Part shown: piece by piece, positions 36,453-46,854 of the stretch | Position numbering within the stretch: position 1 is the stretch's first letter | Layout: every line of letters starts with the position of its first letter | From: a bacterium | GTDB lineage: Bacteria; JAMCPX01 | Assembly (NCBI GenBank): GCA_021792615.1 | Contig: JAJYUJ010000008.1 | Coordinates: forward strand, 11,900 to 75,899 | DNA length: 64,000 nt | Direction of reading: 5' to 3' | The notes under the pieces: model-generated | The model's database searches: none | What the model was told of the DNA's origin: nothing | The model's input: only the letters and a program-made list of their open reading frames with translations | Translations under genes and position numbers: made by a program

Positions 36453-37712
36453 ATGAGAAGATTCATAACGAAAAGGACGGCGTTGATTTTGATCGCTGTC
36501 GTCCTTTTCCTTATTGCGTGGAACAGGAACATTAACCTCCTGTACGGCATGTTCGCTATTCTTACTTCCCTGATTATACTGTCCCATCTCCTTCCCCGGT
36601 ATGCCATAAAAGGCCTGATCGTAACCAGGACACTTCAACCCGTTGCGTTTGAAGACGATGAGATAGAGGTAAAGATCTATGTCGAAAAGAATGCGTGGAC
36701 AAAAGGCTACATGATCGAAATAACGGATTCCATGCCTGCTGCCGGGCCATCGTTCCAGAAGCCCATGGTGTTCATCGCAAAACTGCCGGTGAAAAGGAAA
36801 CAGGAGTTTTCCTTTAAGACGGTTTGCTATAAGAGAGGAGTGTATTCCGTCGGCCCCATATCCGTAAGCTCGGCCTACCCGCTCGGCATCGTTTCTGTCA
36901 ATAAACCGGCAGACAACGCCAGGAAGACGCTGACCATTTACCCGAAATTGTTTTCCATAGCATCGTTTCCTCTTGTGGCCGGTACCACCATGCCCATGAG
37001 TGGTACGGAGGCTATGGCGAAGTCAGGCGGTAACGAAGATTTCTTTGGTACAAGAGAGTACAGGCAGGGTGACAGCCTTAAATTCATACATTGGCCATCC
37101 ACAGCCAGACACGGTCAATTGATCGTCAAAGAGTTTGAAATACGGGCATCTACCGAGGTCACGGTTCTTATGGATCTGCACAAAGACTCGTGTACGGGCA
37201 CAGGGAGGGAAACGACGCTGGAATACGCCGTTAAAATAGCCGGATCGGTTGCAAGGTTTGCGATCGAAAAAGGCCACCATGTCCAGTTCATCGGCTACGG
37301 GGAAAAAAAGCATGTCGTACCGTCTGCAAGGGGCATTGACCAGCTTGCGTTTATTCTGGACGTGCTTGCGAAAGTACAGGCCGACAGCACTGTACCGTAT
37401 CACCGGGCGATAACAATGTCCGCAGGGCTTCTCAGAGACGGAGGGACAGTGGTGCTGATGTTTTCCAGACTGGATTCCAATATCAGAGATTACGTTTACC
37501 CCATGGGCATTCTCAGGTCAAAGAGGATAAAGCCGGTTTGTGTTTTTTTAAACGACAAAAGCTTTCAAGGTGATGTGTCCGCGCCCGAGCATGACGAGAA
37601 ATCACCGGGGACCCGGTTTGTGCATGAGTTCATAAAGGAGTTTGCGAGCGAGTACCCGTCCGTCTATTTCGTATCGAAAGGGGACAACTTGCAGGACGTA
37701 TTCGCCGTATGA
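36453..37712 (+). CDS. DUF58 (vWA-like) protein, MoxR partner
   Basis: 419 aa. N-terminal TM segments followed by a DUF58 core ([20 protein letters not shown]). Confidence 0.8.
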   Translation: MRRFITKRTALILIAVVLFLIAWNRNINLLYGMFAILTSLIILSHLLPRYAIKGLIVTRTLQPVAFEDDEIEVKIYVEKNAWTKGYMIEITDSMPAAGPSFQKPMVFIAKLPVKRKQEFSFKTVCYKRGVYSVGPISVSSAYPLGIVSVNKPADNARKTLTIYPKLFSIASFPLVAGTTMPMSGTEAMAKSGGNEDFFGTREYRQGDSLKFIHWPSTARHGQLIVKEFEIRASTEVTVLMDLHKDSCTGTGRETTLEYAVKIAGSVARFAIEKGHHVQFIGYGEKKHVVPSARGIDQLAFILDVLAKVQADSTVPYHRAITMSAGLLRDGGTVVLMFSRLDSNIRDYVYPMGILRSKRIKPVCVFLNDKSFQGDVSAPEHDEKSPGTRFVHEFIKEFASEYPSVYFVSKGDNLQDVFAV

Positions 37713-39985
37713 ACAAGATAAAGTATTCCCCTGTTTACATAGGCATGTATTTTCTTCTGGTTTCAGCAATACTCGCCGTACAGAGCACGCGAAACGGTGC
37801 GGTGATGACTTTGGTGTATACCGCAGCCTGGGCAATCATATATGGGATAGGGCTCATCTGTGGGTGGCAATATAAGGAAAAGGGGACAAAAGCGTTTGTC
37901 ATAATAACGAACGTTCTCGCAGTATTTGCTCTGGTCGTGTTTTTAGCCAGCTTTGTATTTTCCGGTGTGGTTGATGGCTTGATCGCCTGTCTTCTGTGGC
38001 TCCAGGCAGGAAGGAACTTTACCATCTCCCTGCGGAGAGACATATTTTATACCTATTTTGTTTCCCTTATCCTGATCCTCTATGCATCGAGCATCAGCAA
38101 AGCGACGGTATTTGTTTTCTTTATTATTCTGTATGTCCTTGCAGGAATGTTTACTTTCATGGCCGAACATCTCGATGAAAGGATCTCTTATGCGAGCGGA
38201 GGAGACAGAGACACCTTGACGAAAGGTATGCATCTGCCGGTCAAGGGTGGGGTACTTTCCCTTATGACCCTTGCTATTGCCGCGGTCATATTCCTGATAG
38301 TTCCGATGTTTCCATCTCCGCACATCCAGTCGTTCCCGTCAGTTGGTGGATGGTCATACAGAAACGTGTGGCAGAAAAGAAGAAAAGGTGAAAAAAAAGA
38401 TACCGGCAGGGGCGAAAACGCATTTCTTGGATTGCAGGTTTTTAACGGTACAGTGCGGGCCGGAAAAGGAAAAACCACAAAATCCGTAGAGCACAAGCCT
38501 ACTTTCAAGGAAATGTATAACGGCTTTAAAAAGAAATTCGATATTACATCTCCAGGACGATGCATGCTTTCCAACAGAATCGTTTTCTACCTCCAGGCCG
38601 ATCGTCCCTTATATCTCCGGGGAAAAATATTTGATAGTTTCAACGGCCGCGTTTGGAAAAACAGCAGCAACGGGAGTGAGACCGTGTTAATCAACAAGGG
38701 TGTTTTTACCTTCGATATATTCACCTACGAAAAAGAAGCTGAAGAGGGAGGCGTGGGACAGGTATATACTATCGAAAGGAATATGCCCGATATTATATTT
38801 ACAGCATATAAACCGCTTAAACTGTGGTTCCCGGGAGATGCGGTGCAGAAGGAATATGACCTGTCGCTGCGTGCCTCCGGCTATCTGCACAGCGGGACCA
38901 TATATTCTGTGCTCTCGGAAATAAGAGACGTGGACGGCAGGCAGACCGGAGGGTGGGAGCCTTTGGACAGGGCCGACCTGCACCGTTACCTCCAGCTTCC
39001 GAAAAGACTGCCCGAAAAGATAAAAAAACTTGCATGGTCCGTTGCCGGAAGTGTGAAAAGTAATTATGAAAAAGCAGAGGTCGTGGAGCACTATCTCAAG
39101 ACCCATTATACCTATACGCTGGCAACCATTTTTGAGAAACCAAAAGGAGACCCTGTCTCCTATTTCCTTTTTCAACGAAAAGAAGGACACTCCGAGTATT
39201 TCGCATCTTCCATGGTTGTCCTGCTCAGGACGCTCCATGTTCCTGCCAGGCTGGTCACGGGATATTATGCCGCACATTACAATCCCATTACAGGCTATTA
39301 CGAGGTCAGGGAATTGGACGCCCATGCGTGGGTTGAGGCCTATGTCAACTATGCATGGATAACCTTTGATCCGACACCCGGTTTTCAGTGCCCTTTGCCT
39401 CACCATGCACACGGGTACCTCATTGCTTCAGCACTGATGCGATATTTAAAAAACCGTTTTCGGATCGCCGGTATGACCAACCGGGAAACCAGATGGGTAA
39501 AAGCTTTGCAAAAGACTCAAAACTCTTTTGACCGGGTCGCAATGTTCCTGAAGAAGGCATGGATGATTTTTAAAGAACATATATGGGTATGGCTGAAGTC
39601 CATAGGCATTATTGGCCTCATTGGCGGACTATTCGCGGCAGTTATTGCAGTTGTTATACATTTTATTTTACAACCAGCCTTTGATTTGTTGCGATTGAAA
39701 AGAATGAAAAACAAAGATCCGGAAAAATTTATTATACATTGTTATTGGGCGATGGAGAGATGTTTTAAGAGAAAGGGCGTTCCGAGACCTCGTTCCTGCA
39801 CACCCGGGGAATATGGGACTGACCTTACGGTTCGGTACCGGCACCTTGCCGGACAGATAAGAACGATTACCGGTTTGTTCCAGCTGGCTGTATACGGCGC
39901 CTATGCACTGAATACGGTGGACATAGAAAATGCATACCAGGCCTACAAGGAGATAGAGTTCGGCCGTCATACCGGCAGAAAATGA
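37709..39985 (+). CDS. Transglutaminase-like domain membrane protein (DUF3488-TGase-DUF4129 architecture)
   Basis: 758 aa with multiple N-terminal TM helices, a TGase core ([27 protein letters not shown]...DAHAWVEAY) and a C-terminal TM region. Confidence 0.85.
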   Translation: MNKIKYSPVYIGMYFLLVSAILAVQSTRNGAVMTLVYTAAWAIIYGIGLICGWQYKEKGTKAFVIITNVLAVFALVVFLASFVFSGVVDGLIACLLWLQAGRNFTISLRRDIFYTYFVSLILILYASSISKATVFVFFIILYVLAGMFTFMAEHLDERISYASGGDRDTLTKGMHLPVKGGVLSLMTLAIAAVIFLIVPMFPSPHIQSFPSVGGWSYRNVWQKRRKGEKKDTGRGENAFLGLQVFNGTVRAGKGKTTKSVEHKPTFKEMYNGFKKKFDITSPGRCMLSNRIVFYLQADRPLYLRGKIFDSFNGRVWKNSSNGSETVLINKGVFTFDIFTYEKEAEEGGVGQVYTIERNMPDIIFTAYKPLKLWFPGDAVQKEYDLSLRASGYLHSGTIYSVLSEIRDVDGRQTGGWEPLDRADLHRYLQLPKRLPEKIKKLAWSVAGSVKSNYEKAEVVEHYLKTHYTYTLATIFEKPKGDPVSYFLFQRKEGHSEYFASSMVVLLRTLHVPARLVTGYYAAHYNPITGYYEVRELDAHAWVEAYVNYAWITFDPTPGFQCPLPHHAHGYLIASALMRYLKNRFRIAGMTNRETRWVKALQKTQNSFDRVAMFLKKAWMIFKEHIWVWLKSIGIIGLIGGLFAAVIAVVIHFILQPAFDLLRLKRMKNKDPEKFIIHCYWAMERCFKRKGVPRPRSCTPGEYGTDLTVRYRHLAGQIRTITGLFQLAVYGAYALNTVDIENAYQAYKEIEFGRHTGRK

Positions 39986-40274
39986 GGTGAATCTCTTGGA
40001 CAATAATGGTTTTCCGGTTGGTGCTCATCATTGGAGAGATGAGGCGGGGAAGGGAGATAATAACGAGACGCAGAGAACATCTCACAACCTTCCTTTTTTG
40101 TGATATAATGCCCTTACAAGAGAAAGTAACCTAAATTCACTACGTGCACGATGAAGACGCCGAAGTTAAAAATATATTTCGTGAACAGGCCGCACCGGAG
40201 ACGGATGGCCGGGCAGAATGCCGGTAGGAGAAGTCCGCATCATGCCTTTTTATATTCTGTGAAAGGAGACCCTC

Positions 40275-41621
40275 ATGTGTGATACAATCGTTGCTACAGC
40301 AAAGGCAACCGCCGATGGAACTGTCATACTTGCAAAGAACAGCGACAGGGAAGCCAACGAAGCCCAGCTTTGGAAGTACATTGCCCGTCGATCGTATGCC
40401 GGGGACACACAACTCCAGTGCACCTACATTTCTATCCCTCAGGTAAAGGAAACCCATGAAATGTTTCTGTCAAAGCCGTTCTGGATGTGGGGAGGCGAGA
40501 TGGGTGCAAACGCCAAGGGTCTTGCCATTGGCAATGAAGCGGTTTTTACGAAAGAACCGTACGAAAAAACGGGACTGCTTGGCATGGATTTAATACGCCT
40601 TGCACTTGAGCGGTGCAGCAGCGCCTATGACGCGCTCATGTTAACAACGGAGCTTATCGAATGGTATGGGCAGGGCGGCAACGGCGGAATGGCTCATAAG
40701 CTTTATTATCACAATTCATTTATTTTTGCCGATACCAAAGAAGCCTACCTCCTTGAAACAGCGAATAAACATTGGACAGCCATGAAAGTCGACGGTGTCA
40801 GAAGCATTTCCAACGGCCTGACTATTGAAGAGGATTTTGACTCTTCTTCCAAAGGTATCCAGGACTATGCTCGTCAAAAAGGGTATCTGAAAAAAGGGCA
40901 GACGTTTAATTTCCGGAAGTGTTTTTCTGATACCTTGTACACCCGTTTTTCACGATGTTCGGACAGGCAAACCCGTACCACTGCCTGCGCCCTCCGAGAT
41001 AATACGTCCCTGACTCCAAAAAAAATGTTCGCCATTCTCCGGGATCACGGAAACAGCGATACGCCTCTGCCTCCGGACAAAACATCCATGGGTACCGTTT
41101 GTATGCATGCATCGTTCGGGCCGCTGCGCACGAGTCAATCGGTTGCCGCTTTTGTTGCACATCTGCGCGCGGATACGCCTGTTTTCTGGGCAACGGGTTC
41201 ATCGGCAACCTGTACCAGTGTCTTTATGCCGTTCTATCTTACCGGTAAGGAGATAGATTATTTTCCGGCCGAAGAAACCGGTACCTATTCACCGGCATCA
41301 TACTGGTGGATGCATGAAAAGATCCACCGCCAGGCAATTTTCAAATGGGACTTCTTTCAGAAATATATTGTTCCTGACAGGAAAGGATTGGAGGAAGAGT
41401 TCGCTGTAAAGGAACAGGAGATCTACAAGCAGAAGAACACTCCTCTGCAAAAGTATTTTGATTTTTCCCGGTCTTGCGTTGAAAAGGTCCTCGGTATTCA
41501 CGGGAAATGGGAAAAAGAATTGAAAGAAGCTCCGTATTCCAAAATAAAAACTACCTTCAAGCTTTTCTGGAATGCGCAAACGAAAAAAGCCCAACTGAAG
41601 GGCAACGGAGTTACCCCTTAA
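40275..41621 (+). CDS. C69-family dipeptidase-like Ntn hydrolase
   Basis: The N-terminal MCDTIVATAKATADGTVILAKNSDRE matches the C69 signature (Cys2 nucleophile, ...ADGS...ARNED). Confidence 0.7.
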   Translation: MCDTIVATAKATADGTVILAKNSDREANEAQLWKYIARRSYAGDTQLQCTYISIPQVKETHEMFLSKPFWMWGGEMGANAKGLAIGNEAVFTKEPYEKTGLLGMDLIRLALERCSSAYDALMLTTELIEWYGQGGNGGMAHKLYYHNSFIFADTKEAYLLETANKHWTAMKVDGVRSISNGLTIEEDFDSSSKGIQDYARQKGYLKKGQTFNFRKCFSDTLYTRFSRCSDRQTRTTACALRDNTSLTPKKMFAILRDHGNSDTPLPPDKTSMGTVCMHASFGPLRTSQSVAAFVAHLRADTPVFWATGSSATCTSVFMPFYLTGKEIDYFPAEETGTYSPASYWWMHEKIHRQAIFKWDFFQKYIVPDRKGLEEEFAVKEQEIYKQKNTPLQKYFDFSRSCVEKVLGIHGKWEKELKEAPYSKIKTTFKLFWNAQTKKAQLKGNGVTP

Positions 41622-41656
41622 CACTTTGTTTCGTCCTCCTTTTCTAAAGAAGGAGG

Positions 41657-41893
41657 CTTTGATAAATTAACCCGAAAAATGCAATAAGGGAATTTACATA
41701 TTCGCTCAATCCCGCGATCCACCTGATATCTATACATTTCCATAGAGAAACGAGATTTCAGTCCTCTGTATGTTTATATGCAATTACCCGGTATGGTTTC
41801 CTCATCGTATTTTCGAAGAATACTTTTATCTGACGCGGGATTATCGCTCATTGCATAAACCTCCTTATTTTGCAAATGCATTTTTCGGGTTAA
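41657..41893. mobile_element. MITE-like element, copy A (237 bp), with TTAACCCGAAAAATGCA terminal inverted repeats and TTAA at both termini
   Basis: Starts TTAACCCGAAAAATGCAATAAGG and ends TGCATTTTTCGGGTTAA. Homologous to 7042-7268 in the opposite orientation. Confidence 0.8.
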
Positions 41894-41971
41894 AAAACAA
41901 TGGTGTTGGACTTACCCGTCGAACCCCTTTTTATAGAAGGGCAGGACTTTTTGTGATAAAGACCATGGTGT

Positions 41972-42715
41972 ATGAAGATACTGGTGTGCGTAAAACAGGT
42001 GTCTGTGCCCGGGACGTATCCGGCCGCCGACAAGCCCCCCCCGGGGTTCCGGATCAACAGTTATGACGAGTATGCGCTTGAAGAAGCGCTGCTGTTGAAA
42101 GAGCGTATCGAAAAGACAACCGTGCATGCCGTTTCTGCGGGACCGGAAAGGGTTACCGCGGTTATCAAGCGGGCAATGGAAATGGGCGCAGACCAGGGCA
42201 TGCATATCCGGTATGAACAAGAAGAGCAGCTCACGCCGTATCAGGTTGCGACGCTGATTGCATCGTATGCGCGGGATCGACAGTACGATATTATTCTGAC
42301 CGGCGTCATGGCGGATGACGATATGCAGATGCAGACAGGGCAGATGATTGCCGGGATACTCGGTTATCCGTATGCATCGTCTGTAGTCAGCCATGAGATT
42401 CGGGAGGGCAGGACGATGTACGTTGAAAGGGAGTGCGATGCACGCCAGAGGCAGTGTCTTGAAATAGAAATGCCCTGTGTGCTTACCATTCAGTCAGGCA
42501 TCAACAGGCCGCGCTATCCATCGCTTTCGAATATCCTGAGGGCAAAACAGCAGAAGATTGAATCTATCAATGCCCTTGACCTGCCTGAGGCCAGGGAAAC
42601 AGAGGTAAGGCTCTTTTCGCCCGGGATAAAACCAAAGGGGACGATCCTGCAGGGTACCCGGAGGGAAAAGGCAGTACAACTGCTCGAAATTCTGCATGAG
42701 AAAGCCCTTCTTTAA
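41972..42715 (+). CDS. etfB: Electron transfer flavoprotein beta subunit
   Basis: MKILVCVKQV... 247 aa. Confidence 0.9.
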   Translation: MKILVCVKQVSVPGTYPAADKPPPGFRINSYDEYALEEALLLKERIEKTTVHAVSAGPERVTAVIKRAMEMGADQGMHIRYEQEEQLTPYQVATLIASYARDRQYDIILTGVMADDDMQMQTGQMIAGILGYPYASSVVSHEIREGRTMYVERECDARQRQCLEIEMPCVLTIQSGINRPRYPSLSNILRAKQQKIESINALDLPEARETEVRLFSPGIKPKGTILQGTRREKAVQLLEILHEKALL

Positions 42716-42729
42716 AGGAACGTGCATGC

Positions 42730-43722
42730 ATGAGAAATAAGATCGCAGTCATAGCCCAGCATGCAGACAACAGGATCGATCCTGTTACGTATGAAGCGGT
42801 ATCCTGTGCCCTGGAGTTATGTGCAGGAGAGACTTCATGCATTCAAATTATCGTTCCAGGCGACCGGGTAGAAAAGGTCGCGCAGGAAATATCCGGGGAA
42901 ACAGGTATTGACACCATAGCCCTGGAAAACGAACTCCTGAAAATCTACAACGCAGAGGCATACACATCAGCGCTTGTCACTTTTTTCAGGCAACGGGCAC
43001 CCGGATATATTCTTATACCGCATACATCCGTGGGTTACGATTTTGCACCGTTGCTTGCCATCAAACTCGAGGCATCCTGCATAACGGCAGTGAAGCAGGT
43101 AAACGGTTCGGATGGGACCACGGCATTTGTGCATGAGGTTTTTGACGGGAGGCTTTACGCCGAGGTTGTTTCAAAAACAAAAACCACGGTGATAACTATC
43201 CAGCCCGGTGCATGGGAACCCCTCGGCAGGCAACCGGGCAAAAGCGGCATTGTTGAGACAAGGAACGTAACGGTTAATCCGGGGAAAACCAGGACTATCG
43301 CATTCAGGCAATCAGATTATCAAGGGGCAGCTCTGGCAAACAGCGAGGTTATCGTATCCGCAGGAAGGGGCATCGGCAAAAAAGAAAACCTGTCATTGAT
43401 ATATGAAGTTGCAAAACTATTCCCGCGTTCCGCTCTGGGCTGTTCGAGGGCGGTGTGCGATGCCGGATGGCTTGAATACAGTCACCAGGTGGGCATAACC
43501 GGTTCGACGGTATCGCCGAAGCTCTATTTTGCAATCGGCATATCCGGAGCCGTTCAGCATATCACCGGCATAAAGGGTGCACAGGTGATTGTTGCGGTAA
43601 ACAGCGATCCCGCCGCGAGGTTTTTCACCATTGCGGACTATTGTATCGTGGAGGACCTGACGCAGTTCATACCCACCCTTGTCGAAGAATTCAAAAAAAA
43701 GTACGGCTCTTTCTCAAAATAA
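42730..43722 (+). CDS. etfA: Electron transfer flavoprotein alpha subunit
   Basis: 330 aa with a C-terminal FAD-binding region (SRAVCDAGW...QVGITGSTVSPKLYFAIGISGAVQH). Confidence 0.9.
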   Translation: MRNKIAVIAQHADNRIDPVTYEAVSCALELCAGETSCIQIIVPGDRVEKVAQEISGETGIDTIALENELLKIYNAEAYTSALVTFFRQRAPGYILIPHTSVGYDFAPLLAIKLEASCITAVKQVNGSDGTTAFVHEVFDGRLYAEVVSKTKTTVITIQPGAWEPLGRQPGKSGIVETRNVTVNPGKTRTIAFRQSDYQGAALANSEVIVSAGRGIGKKENLSLIYEVAKLFPRSALGCSRAVCDAGWLEYSHQVGITGSTVSPKLYFAIGISGAVQHITGIKGAQVIVAVNSDPAARFFTIADYCIVEDLTQFIPTLVEEFKKKYGSFSK

Positions 43723-43797
43723 TTTTGAAACGGGAGAAAACCCTTTTCTTACGATCGCAAATAGGGTAAGAGACACCATGAGGATAAACCAGGAGCT

Positions 43798-44571
43798 ATG
43801 AAAAAATCAAAACCAATAATGCATAAACTAGGCAGCGCGGCCGTGAAAACCGGTGTTATCGTAGGGAATACGATCGTAGAAAACTATAAAAAAATAGACC
43901 CTGATGTTATTCGCCATCTCTTGCAGGTTCCCCTGCTCAGCTATTCTCTTTTCGTGTCAAGACATGAAAAGATCGATCCCGGCAAGCCGGACGGACACCC
44001 TCCCCTTATATTTGTTCACGGACTCGGCGGGAACAGGGGAAACTTCCTTCTCATGTCCTGGTACCTCTGGCTGCTTGGCAGAAAACGCAGTTACAAGATC
44101 CACTTCGATGCAGGACAGTCTATACAAGATATGACCGCGGCACTTGCTCGTTTCATACGGGAAGTACTCAAGGTCACGGGGCAGCGGCAGGTCGAAATCG
44201 TTGCCCACAGCCTTGGCGGACTGGTTGCACGTATGGCAATCAAGAAATACAGGCTTTCGCATCATGTCAAGACCCTCATCACCCTGGGCAGCCCGCACCA
44301 TGGGACATACTCCGCACGCTACGCAAACACGGCGATAACGAGAGAGATCAGGCCCAACAGCAAACTCATAAAGGAGCTGGAGAAACAGCCCTGGCCAAAG
44401 GGCGTACGAGGCGTAACATTCTGGAGCAGGAGCGATCTCCTGGTCATACCGCCGGAGTCCGCTGCTATGGACGGTACAACGCAGGTCGAGGTTACACCGT
44501 TTACGCATTACAGTTACCTTATCGATCCGAAAAGCTGGGCTGCTGTTCAACGTGCCCTCGAGAACGGATAA
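43798..44571 (+). CDS. Alpha/beta hydrolase (lipase/esterase-like)
   Basis: LIFVHGLGG...VAHSLGG nucleophile-elbow motif. 257 aa. Confidence 0.7.
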   Translation: MKKSKPIMHKLGSAAVKTGVIVGNTIVENYKKIDPDVIRHLLQVPLLSYSLFVSRHEKIDPGKPDGHPPLIFVHGLGGNRGNFLLMSWYLWLLGRKRSYKIHFDAGQSIQDMTAALARFIREVLKVTGQRQVEIVAHSLGGLVARMAIKKYRLSHHVKTLITLGSPHHGTYSARYANTAITREIRPNSKLIKELEKQPWPKGVRGVTFWSRSDLLVIPPESAAMDGTTQVEVTPFTHYSYLIDPKSWAAVQRALENG

Positions 44572-44667
44572 ACTCCCGCGAGCACGTGTCCCGATGGACA
44601 GAAACCAGCACCATTCTTTTTAGACATCTTCCGGCATTTATGGTAATAACTCACGCAGGAGCAGACC

Positions 44668-45393
44668 GTGGATAAAGATTTCGAGATAGCTTTAATTGTA
44701 CCGTACGTATCCCAGAAGATGCAGATCGTGGAGGCATTTTTAAAAAATACGAAGAAGGAATACAAGCCGGCAGTACTGAAATCCTTCAATCTTTATTGCT
44801 GGTCGTCGAGCGATTCTCTCGGCATCATTTTGTCGTATGATTTTGTTACCTTTCTTCCGCGTTATTTCAACCCCATAAAATCGTTTTCGGCAAAAGTGGA
44901 GGCAAAAATTTACGAGCTCATGGCTTTCGGTGAGAATGAGAGAAAGGAATTCAAAAGTAAATTCATACTGACATCGGACCTTAAATTCATCGGCGACTTC
45001 GATATTTCATTTGCATTGAATAATATTCTCAGGAGAACGAGCACAACGATGGGCAGAAAATATCCGCGGTACAACGCAAGCATCAAAGTCACTTTCAAAT
45101 CGCAAGAGCAATTTATCCAGGAATATACGAAGGACATTTCCAAGGGCGGGATATTTGTTGCTACGGAAAAACTGCTCCCGTTAAATTCAAAGGTGGATTT
45201 GTTGTTGTCTCTTCCGGATTTTCCACGCGGGATCGGAATCATAGGCGAGGTCGTGCATGTTGTCGGCCCGGAACAAGGCAAACAGCCGGGTGGCAGCAGA
45301 ATTGCAGGCATGGGGATCCAGTTTATAGAATTCAAAGGTGATGGACAAAAGGCACTGGAGGGGTACTTTAAATCCCTGGACAAGGAACCATAG
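44668..45393 (+). CDS. PilZ domain protein (c-di-GMP receptor-like)
   Basis: The C-terminal half carries RxxxR...D/NxSxxG-like PilZ motifs (RKYPRYNASIKV...DISKGGIFVAT). GTG start. Confidence 0.6.
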   Translation: MDKDFEIALIVPYVSQKMQIVEAFLKNTKKEYKPAVLKSFNLYCWSSSDSLGIILSYDFVTFLPRYFNPIKSFSAKVEAKIYELMAFGENERKEFKSKFILTSDLKFIGDFDISFALNNILRRTSTTMGRKYPRYNASIKVTFKSQEQFIQEYTKDISKGGIFVATEKLLPLNSKVDLLLSLPDFPRGIGIIGEVVHVVGPEQGKQPGGSRIAGMGIQFIEFKGDGQKALEGYFKSLDKEP

Positions 45394-45440
45394 ATACCGC
45401 TTCCCCCATCGCATCGTCACAAACTCTTTGCTTGCAGCGG

Positions 45441-45676
45441 ATAACCCGAAAAATGCAATAAGGAAATTTACTTATTCCCGCGATCCACAACCCCCTCATT
45501 CCCCCTTGACAGGGAAAATCATTTCTTAGGGGGCTGAATTTTCTTCTTTTCATTTCCTCTCCTCTTAGGAGAGGATTAAGGTGAGGTCTATGGTCGTCTT
45601 CATGAGACCTCATCCGCACCCTTCCCTGCCGGGTGGGTACCCCATCGCTCATTGCATAAACTTCCTTATTTTTAAT
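45441..45676. mobile_element. MITE-like element, variant copy C (about 236 bp). It shares the ATAACCCGAAAAATGCAATAAGG end with copies A/B but has a distinct hairpin-rich interior.
   Basis: The 5' end is homologous to the A/B terminus. The interior has the CCTCTCC-tctta-GGAGAGG and GAGGTCT...AGACCTC hairpins and a CCCCCTTGACAGGG motif. The reverse complement matches 51204-51474. Confidence 0.7.
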
Positions 45677-45702
45677 ACACACGCTCCCGGGTCAACCCGT
45701 GC

Positions 45703-46854
45703 CTACTTAACCTGCCAGCGCTTTGAAACGAATGACAGTACAAACGGTGTAATCAGGGTCGTTACCACGACCATAAAGATAATGATCGCATATACCCGGC
45801 TGCTGATAACGCCCATGTTCAGCCCGATAAGGGCGACGATCATGCCGACCTCTCCCCGCGGTATCATGCCCAGCCCCACGAAGTTCATTACCCCGAACCC
45901 GTAGCGAAAAGCACCGAGTCCGCAGCCGATATATTTACCGGCTATGGCTATCATGGTGTAGACGGCGGCTATAAGAAGGATGCTGCTGCTGAAAAGCAGG
46001 TGCGGCTGGATCTTCATGCCAATCATGACAAAAAAGAATGGGACCAGAAACTCATAGATGGAGTCGAACATGTCCCCGAGGTGCCTGTCCTCGAGTTCGG
46101 CCATGAGCAATCCCGCAAAAAAAGCGCCGACAATACTTGCCATGCCAATATACGACGTCAAAAACGAGAGGCCGAGGAGCACGGTCATACTCAGGATGAA
46201 TTCGTTTTTCTCCAGCTTCATTTTTTCCAGCCGTGTCTTGAGCATTTTTATTGATCTGCTGCCGATAAGGAAAATACCTGCAAGAAACAAAACGACGATA
46301 AAGAATAAGGACAGAATTTTATAAACGTCGATGCTGCCGTTAGTCTCACCGGTTACGGCCGCAAGCACGAGTAAGCCCAGGATATCATCGGCAACAGCCG
46401 CGCCGAGTATGAGCTTTGCCGAAACAGTATGCCCGAGCTCCATATCTTTCAAAACCCGTGCGGTTATGCCTACCGATGTGGCGACCAGTGCCGTTGCGAC
46501 AAACAACGCCTCTATGCCCCTATGGCCGGTGAAGAGGATGAAGAAATAGCCGAGTACCATGGGTAGTGCGACACCGAGCGTTGCTACGATGGTCGCATCG
46601 ATGCCGATTTTCAGCATGTCTTTCAGCCGTGTGTGGAGGCCGACGACAAACAAGAGCATCATTGCCCCGAGCTCGGAAAATGCATCGAGCACCGGCGTTT
46701 CTTTGATAAGGTGCAGCCCGCCGGCGCCGAGAACGAGGCCCGCTGCGATCTCGCCGATCATCGGAGGTATATGGATTTTTTGGAAAATATAGTTGAAAAG
46801 TTTGGCGCTTACGAAAATAAGGAAGAGGTCGAAGAGGATGCCGGTGTGTTCCAT
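45703..46854 (-). CDS. Monovalent cation:proton antiporter (CPA family, Kef/NhaP-type membrane domain)
   Basis: 383 aa with about 11 TM helices. Its start codon overlaps the glmS stop (ATGA). Confidence 0.8.
   Translation of the reverse strand: MEHTGILFDLFLIFVSAKLFNYIFQKIHIPPMIGEIAAGLVLGAGGLHLIKETPVLDAFSELGAMMLLFVVGLHTRLKDMLKIGIDATIVATLGVALPMVLGYFFILFTGHRGIEALFVATALVATSVGITARVLKDMELGHTVSAKLILGAAVADDILGLLVLAAVTGETNGSIDVYKILSLFFIVVLFLAGIFLIGSRSIKMLKTRLEKMKLEKNEFILSMTVLLGLSFLTSYIGMASIVGAFFAGLLMAELEDRHLGDMFDSIYEFLVPFFFVMIGMKIQPHLLFSSSILLIAAVYTMIAIAGKYIGCGLGAFRYGFGVMNFVGLGMIPRGEVGMIVALIGLNMGVISSRVYAIIIFMVVVTTLITPFVLSFVSKRWQVK

Noticed and set aside
38687-39412. ORF 38687..39412 (-), 241 aa, inside the transglutaminase-like gene
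   Set aside because: Antisense to a CDS with a clear TGase core. No independent support.
45368-45682. Conserved small ORF inside the type-2 MITE copies (also 51205..51393)
   Set aside because: The two copies are near-identical at the DNA level, so ORF preservation carries no information. The region is dominated by hairpins and is more likely a structured RNA or DNA element. It is flagged within a finding but not called as a CDS.
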